Origin: a virus
Taxonomy: Duplodnaviria; Caudoviricetes
DNA: 64,000 nt
Virus record (IMG/VR): IMGVR_UViG_3300046528_000120
Span: 1 to 64,000 of that record
Strand: one strand, 5' to 3'
The first letter of the stretch is position 1; every line of letters begins with the position of its first letter. The position numbers and the translations under genes are program-made. The notes beneath the pieces were generated by a model. It was not told the origin of the DNA. It searched no databases and worked only from the letters and a program-made list of their open reading frames with translations. Below are positions 47,663 through 56,779 of the stretch, one piece after another.

Positions 47663-48055
47663 ATGATTACTGGGGAAAGAAAGAAGTTCGGTTTGCGCCC
47701 GGCGCGCAAGCCCGCCCTGATCGAGGGTCTGAGCAATACCGTCATCGTCTATGTGGATGGCTGCGCCTACGAATGCTACATCTCGTTCTCGCCGGACTTC
47801 CCCGCTGCGGTCGGCGCGCAGTTGCCGCAGGGTCTGGCGCGCGATGACGTGACGTTCTTGCAGGTGGCCTTCGACGCGGGCAAATGGATAGTGAGTGTCT
47901 GCACGCTCTCGACCTGGGAGCCGCGCACATTCTGGGAGTCGGCCGAGCGGCCGGCATGGCTAAAAGAACTTAAACCAATCAGGCACACCAATGACACCAC
48001 CGAAGCGCATCGTGCGTTCCGCTCTTCGCGCCGCACCGTCCAGCTCGCCGCCTAG
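47663..48055 (+). CDS. Hypothetical protein
   Basis: TATAAT at 47630 and GAGG RBS. Confidence 0.6.
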   Translation: MITGERKKFGLRPARKPALIEGLSNTVIVYVDGCAYECYISFSPDFPAAVGAQLPQGLARDDVTFLQVAFDAGKWIVSVCTLSTWEPRTFWESAERPAWLKELKPIRHTNDTTEAHRAFRSSRRTVQLAA

Positions 48056-48437
48056 CACGCCGGCACCAACCCCGGCCCCGGCCGCCAAGGCATCGCCACC
48101 GCGTCCTGCACGCCGCGTGATCCCGATCAAGGCCCAGGCCCCGGCGAAGCCCGCCGCAGCCCCGGTCGAGGTCAAGGAGAAGCTGGAGGGCGGCAACGCG
48201 GTCAACTACAAGGCCGTGGTCGAGCGGTACAAGGGCAAGATCACCAACCGCGCCAGCGCCATCCGCGCCCACTGCATCGAATGTTGCTGCGGGGTCGTTT
48301 CCGAAGTTCGCGCGTGCACCGTTAAGAAGTGCGCGCTGTTCCCATTCCGTATGGGCGACGACCCGTACCGAAAAAAGCGCAACGACGGTTTCGTCGGTGC
48401 CAACAAAAACGAAGAGTCCAACGAGGGAGACGAATAA
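47991..48437 (+). CDS. Cys-cluster hypothetical protein
   Basis: AIRAHCIECCCG…EVRAC…CALFPFRMG. Confidence 0.7.
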   Translation: MTPPKRIVRSALRAAPSSSPPSTPAPTPAPAAKASPPRPARRVIPIKAQAPAKPAAAPVEVKEKLEGGNAVNYKAVVERYKGKITNRASAIRAHCIECCCGVVSEVRACTVKKCALFPFRMGDDPYRKKRNDGFVGANKNEESNEGDE

Positions 48438-48497
48438 ATGCTGGGAGGGATCACAGGCCTGAAATTGCAAGTGATTGCAAAATGCCAGCGGCACTAG
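48438..48497 (+). pseudogene. Orphaned original 5' end of the dNMP kinase gene (MLGGITGLK…)
   Basis: ATG directly follows the upstream TAA; the first 9 codons parallel the kinase start MLVALTGLK at 49126. Confidence 0.6.
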
Positions 48498-49132
48498 ACC
48501 TCCGTGGCCAGCGCTTTTCTAGACTGGTGGCGCAATCCATTGCCTCATCTGGTAGAGAGGGCATTGTCTGGGTCTGCCGCTGCGATTGTGGTAATACAAC
48601 CCAGGCTGCGGCCAAGAGCTTGCGAAGTGGAAATACTAAGTCGTGCGGATGCCTTGATCGCGAATTGGTAGTACAGCGTAACCAGAGCAGGACTAAGCAT
48701 GGCATGTCGAATACGGATACATATCGTATCTGGCAGTCCATGATCGCGAGGTGTGAGAACCAGAAAAGCCGTGCGTACCCAAACTATGGTGGTCACGGCA
48801 TTACCGTATGCGCACGTTGGCATAGGTTCGAGAACTTCCTGGAAGACATGGGGGAGAAGCCCGAAGGGCTCAGCCTGGAGCTAGAGAATAACGAGCAAGG
48901 CTACTGCAAATCAAATTGCAAATGGGCTACAGCTACAGAACAGAGCAATAATCGAAGAAGCAATGTCTTGCTAGAGCATGAAGGCCAGAAGCTCACAATT
49001 GCCGAGTGGGCGCGAATTACTGGAATCCCGGCTAAGACGCTGGGTTACAGAATCAGGCAGGGATGGGCCGTATGCGATGCACTATCGCTCGGTGCTGAAG
49101 GAAATAACCACTATAAGAGGAAAAAATGTTAG
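48482..49132 (+). CDS. HNH-type homing endonuclease
   Basis: DLRGQRFSRL…WVCRCDCG…TKSCGC…YRIWQSMIARC…YGGHGITVC.RW..FENFLEDMG…NCKWAT; AT-richer codons. Confidence 0.88.
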   Translation: MPAALDLRGQRFSRLVAQSIASSGREGIVWVCRCDCGNTTQAAAKSLRSGNTKSCGCLDRELVVQRNQSRTKHGMSNTDTYRIWQSMIARCENQKSRAYPNYGGHGITVCARWHRFENFLEDMGEKPEGLSLELENNEQGYCKSNCKWATATEQSNNRRSNVLLEHEGQKLTIAEWARITGIPAKTLGYRIRQGWAVCDALSLGAEGNNHYKRKKC

Positions 49133-49818
49133 TTGCTTTGACAGGATTAAAGGGAGTAGGCAAGGATGAAGCGGTGAACCATCTGGTATCGCTCGGCTTC
49201 ACCAAACTCGCGTTCGGGGACGCGATTTACAAGGAACTTGCAATCAATTTCAAGGTGCCGGAAGAATTCCTGCGCATGCGCGAGGTCAAGGAGACGCCGC
49301 ACCCCCGGCTCGCCTTGGCCTACTGCCAAGACCATGAATTCGTGCGCTATATTGTCGCCAGCGCCATGACACTGCCGGCCGGCTGCGACCACGGCATCCG
49401 CGCGCTGTCACGCGACGAGCTGACCAAACCGCGCACCAGTACCTGGCTCACCCAGCAATGGGCTACCCAGTACCGCCGCCGGCACTTCAGCGACGACTAC
49501 TGGACCCGCATCGTGGTCGACCAGATCAGGGCGCTGCCGCGCGGCACCAACGTCGTCTTGAGCGACTTGCGCCACTTCCCGGTTGAAATGGCAGCGTTCG
49601 ACGCTTACCGCGACACCCACACGCACCGCGCCGGTAGCCTGACCATCGCGCCGGCCATGGGCATCCTGGAGCTGACCCGCGACGGCAGCATCAATACCGG
49701 GCATGACTCGGATCGCGGCCTGCCGCGCGATCTCATCGACAAGACGTACGTCAACAACGGCACCCTGACCCAGCTCTACGCTGCCCTCGAACTGTTCATC
49801 ACCCTGGAGATCAAGTAA
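49126..49818 (+). CDS. Deoxynucleoside monophosphate kinase
   Basis: P-loop TGLKGVGKD, AFGDAIY, VVLSDLRH, H.SD.GL, YVNNGT. Confidence 0.85.
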   Translation: MLVALTGLKGVGKDEAVNHLVSLGFTKLAFGDAIYKELAINFKVPEEFLRMREVKETPHPRLALAYCQDHEFVRYIVASAMTLPAGCDHGIRALSRDELTKPRTSTWLTQQWATQYRRRHFSDDYWTRIVVDQIRALPRGTNVVLSDLRHFPVEMAAFDAYRDTHTHRAGSLTIAPAMGILELTRDGSINTGHDSDRGLPRDLIDKTYVNNGTLTQLYAALELFITLEIK

Positions 49819-50498
49819 TGTCCAAAGTAGCACTCTGCATCAAGACCGTCGACGCCCCCGCCTCCGTGCGCTGCATCATCACCGGCACCCACCTGATCGA
49901 ACTCACCGAAGAGTTCTTCTACACCCCGGCCCAACTGGAGCCGCGCGCCACCTGCGAGACCGACAACAAGCTGCTCCAACTACTGCCGTACATCGTCGTC
50001 CAGGATGAGCATGACCGCGTGTTCCGCTATTTCCGTGGCGCGGCCGGCACCGAGAACCGCCTGCACGGCGCGATCAGCATCGGTCTCGGCGGCCACGTCG
50101 AAACCATGCCAGGACAGCAGCAGCCGGGCGCAGCCTACTCGGCCGATTCGCTGTTCGCCCACTTGAAGGAAGACGCGGTGCGCGAGATCGACGAAGAGAT
50201 CGGCATCAAGGTCGACCCGAAGAGCATCGAGTTCGTGCATCTGGTCTACAACCCGACCGGCGTCAATGAAGTGCACCTCGGCATCCTCGGCATCGCCCGC
50301 GTCAACATGGGCGGCCGGACGGAGCTGGCCCAGGAAGAGGGCGTCATCACCCAGGGCGGGTTCATCAACCCCGAGACCGAGCTGTACGATCACCCGGAGC
50401 TGTACGCACGTTGCGAGGAATGGACCAAGGCCGCGCTCTGGTATCTGACCAATCAAGCAGCCCGCAAACGAGTCCAGACCGCGCGTGCCACCGCATAA
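49818..50498 (+). CDS. NUDIX-fold phosphoesterase
   Basis: ETD…QLLPY…R…ENRLHG..SIGLGGHV…REIDEEIG…VHLG. Confidence 0.82.
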   Translation: MSKVALCIKTVDAPASVRCIITGTHLIELTEEFFYTPAQLEPRATCETDNKLLQLLPYIVVQDEHDRVFRYFRGAAGTENRLHGAISIGLGGHVETMPGQQQPGAAYSADSLFAHLKEDAVREIDEEIGIKVDPKSIEFVHLVYNPTGVNEVHLGILGIARVNMGGRTELAQEEGVITQGGFINPETELYDHPELYARCEEWTKAALWYLTNQAARKRVQTARATA

Positions 50499-50521
50499 CC
50501 TGGATTGCAATTGATTGCAAC

Positions 50522-50547
50522 AAGCCGCCTTCGGGCGGCTTTTTTTA
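50522..50547 (+). terminator. Rho-independent terminator
   Basis: AAGCCGCC-TTCG-GGCGGCTT followed by a T run. Confidence 0.88.
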
Positions 50548-50577
50548 TTGCCCCCTGGAATCTCGCTGCGGTATGAT
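50548..50577 (+). promoter_or_regulatory. Putative sigma70-like promoter of the head operon
   Basis: TTGCCC-18 bp-TATGAT immediately after the terminator. Confidence 0.5.
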
Positions 50578-50606
50578 CCTGCCCATCATTACGGGAGAAC
50601 GGGAAC

Positions 50607-50960
50607 ATGGAACAACGCACCGAATTTCGCGCGGAAGTGCGCGATGTCTACTCAGGGGATGACCTCATCATCTGGGTTGACCTGGGCGTCGATAGCCTGT
50701 GGAAGAAAGTACGCTTCCGCTTGCATGGCGTCGACACACCGAAGGCCGTAGGTTGTGGGCCGGATACCGAGGCCGGGAGGATTCGCAGCGAAGTCTACGA
50801 GCTGGTACGCCGGCATCCGCTGCGCATCGAAGTCGTGGGCCGCCCTGGGACGACCTGGACCGGCAACGTCACTATCGAGCGCCCGGTCGGCGATCTCAAC
50901 CTGAACCAATATCTGATCGACAAGGGTTATCCATTCAATCGCAACAAGGGGCTTTCATGA
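50607..50960 (+). CDS. Thermonuclease (SNase)-like protein with degenerate catalytic motifs
   Basis: VRDVYSGDD…VDLG…RFRLHGVDTPK…LNQYLIDKG. Confidence 0.7.
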   Translation: MEQRTEFRAEVRDVYSGDDLIIWVDLGVDSLWKKVRFRLHGVDTPKAVGCGPDTEAGRIRSEVYELVRRHPLRIEVVGRPGTTWTGNVTIERPVGDLNLNQYLIDKGYPFNRNKGLS

Positions 50961-52618
50961 CAACTAGCAATCGGCCGACGCGTATTCGCCGGGCCGCACA
51001 ACAGCGTGGAGTAGCCGTGCAACAGCAGCTCGCCGCGCATACGACCGTCATCCAGGTCGAGCGTGCCAGCGCCAGTGCCAGCCGCCAGATCGAGTACCTG
51101 GATGAATTCCAGCTCGGCGGCGGCTTCGGCCAACTCATCATTCCGCCACCGTACAACGTCGAGGGCCTGTTCCGGTATATCTCCGAATCGAACATGCTCA
51201 AGCAGTGCATCCGCTCGTACGTGGTCAACACGGCCGGCACCGGCTGGGAAGTGGTCCCGCTCAACAAGAAGGTTACGGTAGACGAGGACGAGCGCGACGA
51301 GCTGGAAGCCATCTGCGATCTGGCCAACTCCGAAGAGAGCCTGTCTACCGTGGTCAAGAAGGCCATCGCTCACCGCGAAGCAGTCGGCTTCGGCTTCATC
51401 GAAGTCATCCGTGACATCAGCGGCCGTCCGACCCTGCTGCGCCACGCATCCTCGCTCCACATGCGCCTCGGCCACAAGAGCCAGACCGAAGTCCTGGTCA
51501 AGTTCGATCTGCCGCGCGGCGCCCGCTCCGCTACCGTGAAGGAGTTCCGCAAGTTCCGCCGCTTCTTGCAATTGATTGCAGGCCGCATGCGCTACTTCAA
51601 GGAGTTCGGCGACCCGCGCGACCTCAACGCCGATACCGGCCTGTTCGAGGATGAGCAGGGCTACCAGCCGGGCAACTCGGCGACCGAGATCATCCACCTG
51701 AAGCGCGACTCCAACGAGCCGTATGGCGAACCGCAGTGGATCAACCAACTGCCGAACATCATCGGTTCGCGCGAGGCCGAAGAAGTGAACATGCGCTACT
51801 TCGAGGACAACACGGTGCCGGCCGGTATGCTGACGGTAGCCGGTGGCCGCCTGACGGCGCAGTCGCACCAGAACCTGACCAACCTCCTTGCGGGCGGCAT
51901 CGGCAACAAGAACCAGTCGAAGATCGTCCTGATCGAAGCGGTCGGTGAGCAGGATAGCCTGGACGCCAAGGGCACCCCGATCCAGATGAAGGTCGAGCGT
52001 CTGGCCGACCAGCGCCCCAGCGACGGCCTGTTCAAAGATTACGACGAAGCCAATCAGGCCAAGGTCCGTTCCAGCTTCCGCCTGCCGTCGGTCGCGGTCG
52101 GCATGGCGAACGAGCACAACTTCGCCACCGCCAACGTCGCCATGTTTGCTGCCGAGTCGCAGGTATTCGCCCCCGAGCGCAACGAGACCGATGAGCTGCT
52201 GAACAACACCCTGGTACGGTCTCGCGCCGGCATGCGAATGCGCACGGTGAAGCTGGCCAGCCGCACGCCGCCGATCACCTCGCCCGAAGGCCAGATCAAG
52301 ACCATGACCGCGCTGAACGTGATGGGCGCCCTGACCCCGCGTAAGGCCCAGAAGCTGGCCAACACCCTGCTGCAAATCGAGATCGAGGAATACCCGAAGA
52401 AGGGCGAGGCAGACTACGAGGACTGGATGGACAAGCCGATGGCGCTGAACATGAGCAAAGGCGCTGCCGCCGACGAAGGCGTCGACGCCGGCAACCCACC
52501 CCCGGCCGATGGTAGCGCGCCTGCAACGCACGCTGGGCAGTCCGTGAAAGACCCTGCGACCAAGGCGCTCGAAGCCAGCGGCAATATCAACACTCAACCG
52601 AAGCATGGGACGGAATAA
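50957..52618 (+). CDS. Portal protein (PBSX-like)
   Basis: GFGFIEVIRD, EIIHLK…YGEP.W, RYFEDNTVPAGMLTVAGG, DGLF..Y…VRSSFRLP…NFATA. Confidence 0.9.
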   Translation: MTTSNRPTRIRRAAQQRGVAVQQQLAAHTTVIQVERASASASRQIEYLDEFQLGGGFGQLIIPPPYNVEGLFRYISESNMLKQCIRSYVVNTAGTGWEVVPLNKKVTVDEDERDELEAICDLANSEESLSTVVKKAIAHREAVGFGFIEVIRDISGRPTLLRHASSLHMRLGHKSQTEVLVKFDLPRGARSATVKEFRKFRRFLQLIAGRMRYFKEFGDPRDLNADTGLFEDEQGYQPGNSATEIIHLKRDSNEPYGEPQWINQLPNIIGSREAEEVNMRYFEDNTVPAGMLTVAGGRLTAQSHQNLTNLLAGGIGNKNQSKIVLIEAVGEQDSLDAKGTPIQMKVERLADQRPSDGLFKDYDEANQAKVRSSFRLPSVAVGMANEHNFATANVAMFAAESQVFAPERNETDELLNNTLVRSRAGMRMRTVKLASRTPPITSPEGQIKTMTALNVMGALTPRKAQKLANTLLQIEIEEYPKKGEADYEDWMDKPMALNMSKGAAADEGVDAGNPPPADGSAPATHAGQSVKDPATKALEASGNINTQPKHGTE

Positions 52619-53223
52619 TGAGCACTGCTACCAAGTTCGTGCGCCGCGCTGACCAGGGCTGGGAACAGATCGTCATGGGTGAGGTCTTGATCCCGGATAC
52701 CCCGAACGTGTACGGCGACATCTACACCAAGGGCAGCATCCGCCAGTTCGCTACCGAGTTCATGAAGACCGGCCTGAACTCCGAAGTGATCCTCGACATC
52801 GCCCACGATAACGTCGACATCACCGGGCAGGCCTACGTGGTGGAATCGTTCATTGCCCGCGACGGCGACCAGGACTTCATCCCCGGCTCGTGGGTGATCG
52901 CGGTCTGGATCGTCGACCCCACCATCTGGCAGATGGTCCTGGACGGCAAGATCAACGGTTTCAGCTACGAGGCCCTGGTCGGCATGCAGCCAGTCATGAT
53001 CGAAAACTTGCAGTCAGGAATCGTTACGGGTATAACAGCGCCTGACCCGCTGGACGGCCACACGCACACCTATGCGGTCGTGGTGAATCAGTTGAACGTG
53101 CCCATCAGTGGCGAGACCGGGGTGACTGACGGCCACAGTCACACCATCTCGTACCACACCAAGACTGACAAGACCAACGGCCACACCCACCGCTTTGACG
53201 TAATCAACCAAGGAGAAAACTGA
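52618..53223 (+). CDS. XkdF-like prohead protease with a His-repeat C-terminus
   Basis: QIVMGEVLIPD…GD, H, VVESFIA, GSWV, W..V.DGKINGFS. Confidence 0.82.
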   Translation: MSTATKFVRRADQGWEQIVMGEVLIPDTPNVYGDIYTKGSIRQFATEFMKTGLNSEVILDIAHDNVDITGQAYVVESFIARDGDQDFIPGSWVIAVWIVDPTIWQMVLDGKINGFSYEALVGMQPVMIENLQSGIVTGITAPDPLDGHTHTYAVVVNQLNVPISGETGVTDGHSHTISYHTKTDKTNGHTHRFDVINQGEN

Positions 53224-53224
53224 A

Positions 53225-54655
53225 ATGACCTTTGACCAAACCAAACACGTTCGCGTGCGCCGAAGCGCCGGTCAAGCCGCTGCCGGCAATCTGGTGACCA
53301 TCGGCACCCCGAAGGCACTGACCCTGTGCGACGTGCCGGCCAACCAGCGCCCGTTCCCGGTGATCCGTAGCGATGAAGGTGCGCCGGCCGCCAAGCCGCC
53401 TCGCATCGTCCGCGCCAAGCGTAGCGTGAACCCGGTCCTGGGCCTGACTTTCCCGGCCGGCACCACCGAAGACGACGCCGTCGCCCTACTGGCCACCTTC
53501 GAGATGTCCGACTACACCCTGATGGTCGACGAGCAAGGCGCCTACACCGCTATCCGCTCCGACTTGCAATCAATTGCAACCGAGACCACCGACATCAAGA
53601 TCAACAAGGAAGGTGTCGTGGCCCGCGTCGATGCCAGCCAGTACAAGATCACCCGCGCCGACTCGACCGACAACCTGCGGCTGGTTGCGCTCGAATTCGA
53701 TGCCAAACGTTTCGACGCCGACGCAATTTCTTCGTGGATTGCTGAAAATAAAGTTGACAGCGCGCAAGATGCTGTCGAAAATGCGGACAGCTCATCGCTG
53801 ACGGTCAAACGTCACGATGTCGCAGAAGGAACCGAGGTACGAAAGGTGCAGTTGGAAGACGGCGTGACCGCAGTCATCGCCCGTTCCGATGTCGCAGATG
53901 TTCCGGCCGGCTTCGCCGTTGCCGTGAACGAAACGATGTACGGCAACTGGGGCTGGGGCCATCTGGACTTCAACGCCAGTATGGCCGATGTCGAGTTCTG
54001 CCGCGTAATGGACGACGCTAACTATCGTCTGATGCGCGTGCTGAACAGCATCATGCTGGATAGCCAACTGCCCTTGGAGCAGCGCAAGGCCCTGGTGGAC
54101 CGCGCACTGTCCCAGTACGGTGACTTTGTGAAAAACGTAATCGACGCACTTCCGCGTCAAGTGACACTGCTGGTGACCCGCGCCGCAGTCAACAAGGAGA
54201 ATGAAACGATGGCAGGTAAAGACGAAAACGGCGGCGCGCAAGTTCAACAGCCGCTGACCCGCGAAGACGTGGCCCAGATTGTGCAAGACGGTATCACCGC
54301 CGCCTTCGCCGCCCGTTCCGAAGCCCAAGCCGCCGCGCCGGCCGCTGCTGCCGCTACCACGGCTGCTACCACCGAAGCCGCCCGCGACGACGCTGCTTCA
54401 TCCGCTGCTACCGCCGCTGCTCCGGCCGCGACCGAGACCGTGACCCGCGCCGACATCGGTGCCGCCGTCGCGGAAGCCCTGAAGCCGTTCGGCGAGCAAC
54501 TGGCTGCTATCCAGAACACCGTGGTCGTGCGCAGCGATTCCGGCGACCGCACCGTGGCTGTGACCGAACAGAAGGAAGTGAAGCGCGGCGATACCGCAGT
54601 CTTCGGCGGCCTGCTGGCTGGCGCCCGCGCCATGCGCAGCGGCGGCGTCCAGTAA
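53225..54655 (+). CDS. Capsid scaffold / head assembly protein
   Basis: Lies between protease and capsid; N-terminal LTLCDVPAN; Ala-rich helical C-terminus. Confidence 0.65.
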   Translation: MTFDQTKHVRVRRSAGQAAAGNLVTIGTPKALTLCDVPANQRPFPVIRSDEGAPAAKPPRIVRAKRSVNPVLGLTFPAGTTEDDAVALLATFEMSDYTLMVDEQGAYTAIRSDLQSIATETTDIKINKEGVVARVDASQYKITRADSTDNLRLVALEFDAKRFDADAISSWIAENKVDSAQDAVENADSSSLTVKRHDVAEGTEVRKVQLEDGVTAVIARSDVADVPAGFAVAVNETMYGNWGWGHLDFNASMADVEFCRVMDDANYRLMRVLNSIMLDSQLPLEQRKALVDRALSQYGDFVKNVIDALPRQVTLLVTRAAVNKENETMAGKDENGGAQVQQPLTREDVAQIVQDGITAAFAARSEAQAAAPAAAAATTAATTEAARDDAASSAATAAAPAATETVTRADIGAAVAEALKPFGEQLAAIQNTVVVRSDSGDRTVAVTEQKEVKRGDTAVFGGLLAGARAMRSGGVQ

Positions 54656-54722
54656 CACAGCCGTACCCCAGATTTATTGCAATCAATTTCAATAGCAGCA
54701 AACCCTTAACACTGGAGAGTAA

Positions 54723-55676
54723 ATGACTACCGCAAACGAAAACCTGCGCCGTGCCGACGTTACCCTGGCCCAGCTCGCCTCCAACGGCGGCCTGCTGTCG
54801 CCGGAACAAACCAGCACCTTCTTCGATCTGGTCGTCGACGAGCCGACCATCCTGAACCAGATTCGCCGCGTCGACATGGCGACCTCGGAACAGCGCATCA
54901 ACAAGATCGGCCTGGGCGGTCGCCTGCTTCACGGCGCTACCCAGTCGGGCGGCCAGGAAGACAACGGCACCAACGGCCGTTATCTGGCGAAGAACAAGCG
55001 CGCTGCGCCGACCACCTCGCAGATCACCATGAACACCCGCGAGGTGATCGCTGAGATGCGCATCCCGTACGAAGTTCTGGAAGACAACATCGAAGGCCAG
55101 AACTACGAGCAGCACATGATGCGCCTGATGGCCCAGCGTGGTGCACTCGACCTGGAAGAGCTGTGCCTGTTTGGCGACAAGACCATCGACCCGGCCGTGG
55201 ACGATTTCCTGTGCCTGCAAGACGGCTTCATCAAGCGCGCTACCGCCCACCAAGTCGACAACGCCGCTGCCGGCCCGGACGACGACATGATCACCCAGGC
55301 TCTGCTGGCAATGCCGCAACAGTACCTGCGCTACCTGCCGCAGATGCGCGCCTGGATTTCGCAAGCGAACAAGATCAAGTTCCAGGCTTCGCGTATCTCG
55401 CGCAATACCGCGCTGGGTGACGCTTCGGTCGTGGGCAACCTGTCGCTGGTGTCGCAAGGCCTCCAGATCGAACCGGCGCCGTCGATGGCTGCTGACGGTA
55501 CGGGCGCCAAGGGCCTGATCACCTTCCCGCAGAACCTGATCATCGGCTTCCAGCGCCAGATCACCCTGGAATACGACAAAGACATCCGCAGCCGTGAATA
55601 CATCATCGTCCTGACGATGCGTATCGCGCTCCAGGTCGAAGACAGCAACGCCCTGGTCCTGCTGAAGAACATCTAA
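54723..55676 (+). CDS. Major capsid protein (HK97 fold)
   Basis: GGLLSPEQ..TF…IPYEVLEDNIEG…DLEELCLFGD…DGFIK…NLIIG. Confidence 0.92.
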   Translation: MTTANENLRRADVTLAQLASNGGLLSPEQTSTFFDLVVDEPTILNQIRRVDMATSEQRINKIGLGGRLLHGATQSGGQEDNGTNGRYLAKNKRAAPTTSQITMNTREVIAEMRIPYEVLEDNIEGQNYEQHMMRLMAQRGALDLEELCLFGDKTIDPAVDDFLCLQDGFIKRATAHQVDNAAAGPDDDMITQALLAMPQQYLRYLPQMRAWISQANKIKFQASRISRNTALGDASVVGNLSLVSQGLQIEPAPSMAADGTGAKGLITFPQNLIIGFQRQITLEYDKDIRSREYIIVLTMRIALQVEDSNALVLLKNI

Positions 55677-55702
55677 GCAGCGGCCACACCGTAGCGCCCA
55701 AG

Positions 55703-55734
55703 AAGAGGGGTAGGGGCGACCTTATCCCTCTTTT
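55703..55734 (+). terminator. Hairpin terminator after the capsid gene
   Basis: AAGAGGGGTAGGG-GCGA-CCTTATCCCTCTT-TT. Confidence 0.65.
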
Positions 55735-55772
55735 CACATTGCAATCAATTTCAAAATAACTTAGGAAGCATC

Positions 55773-56147
55773 ATGGCAAAAATTCTGATCGTCGCAGCAC
55801 TGGCAACCTTCTCTCGTCGCGGCCTGACCACCGCTGCCGGCGTCCCGGCCATCATCAAGAAGGGCGAAGCCTTCAAGGTCTCCGATGAACTGGGCGACGA
55901 GCTGACCAGCGGCGACTACTGCAACTACGACGCGGACGGCAACCCGATCCCGCACTTCAAGGAAGCCGACGAAGGCACCAAGCTGGCCTACGACTTCACC
56001 GCCGACAAGGTCGTGAACCCGCCCGCCGACCGCCCGACCACCACCGTCGAGAAAAGCCTGGAAGGCCTGGACGAAGTGACCATCGCCGAGAAGGTGCAGG
56101 CCGCTACCCCGAAGGCAGTTCGCAGCCAGCGCGTCCGCGCCAAGTAA
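55773..56147 (+). CDS. Virion-associated hypothetical protein
   Basis: Position after the capsid gene. Confidence 0.65.
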   Translation: MAKILIVAALATFSRRGLTTAAGVPAIIKKGEAFKVSDELGDELTSGDYCNYDADGNPIPHFKEADEGTKLAYDFTADKVVNPPADRPTTTVEKSLEGLDEVTIAEKVQAATPKAVRSQRVRAK

Positions 56148-56167
56148 TCACCTGAAAGGAGCATCGC

Positions 56168-56779
56168 ATGACTATTCTCCGTAACCCGGAGGAAGTCGCC
56201 CAGCGGATCGGTCTGAACGCAAATGGTAGAAGTCCTGCCCCGAGCGAACCGAAGTTCCGTGCGATGCTCGAAAACGCCACGACCCGGATTTGCAATAGCC
56301 TGAGCACCCCGCTTGAGCTGGCAAACCGGGTCGACTTTTTCGAGCTGGGCGAAGACCTTCGTCGCAATAACGAAACTTTCCGACTGGGCGCCGGCTTCGT
56401 GCAGCGGGACAGCGTGGTAGTCACCGATCCGCGCGGCAATCCCGTAAATAGCGACCGTTACCGAGTGAATTACGAGCTTGGCAGCGTCACCGTTACCCGA
56501 CCTTGCCGTGGCGAGTGGAAAGTGGCCTACACTTCGGGCTTCGCCGCCAGTACCGACGACCCTGCGGTGTACCAGGACGTACCGGGCTGGGTAGTGGAGC
56601 TGCTGGATACGGTCTCGCTGGGCTGGGCGCGCATCATGTTCGCCGACAAGCTGCCGGACTCGGTCTCCTACAACGCCCTGATGAACGCAATCTATCGCGA
56701 CATCGCCGGCCGCGTGTACAGCCGTTACGACCGCCCCCGCTCTCCCGCGCACTTCCCGGTGCATAGCGAGACGGTCTAA
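56168..56779 (+). CDS. Head-tail adaptor
   Basis: Position; KVAYTSGF…VPGWV resembles gp6-like adaptors. Confidence 0.7.
   Translation: MTILRNPEEVAQRIGLNANGRSPAPSEPKFRAMLENATTRICNSLSTPLELANRVDFFELGEDLRRNNETFRLGAGFVQRDSVVVTDPRGNPVNSDRYRVNYELGSVTVTRPCRGEWKVAYTSGFAASTDDPAVYQDVPGWVVELLDTVSLGWARIMFADKLPDSVSYNALMNAIYRDIAGRVYSRYDRPRSPAHFPVHSETV

Noticed and set aside
48904-48921. CTGCAAATCAAATTGCAA as another motif copy
   Set aside because: The spacing between half-sites is 2 bp too long; not counted.
48438-49152. Group I intron in the dNMP kinase gene
   Set aside because: There is no room for, or sign of, the conserved intron core around the HNH ORF, and the downstream gene has its own RBS and complete N-terminus.
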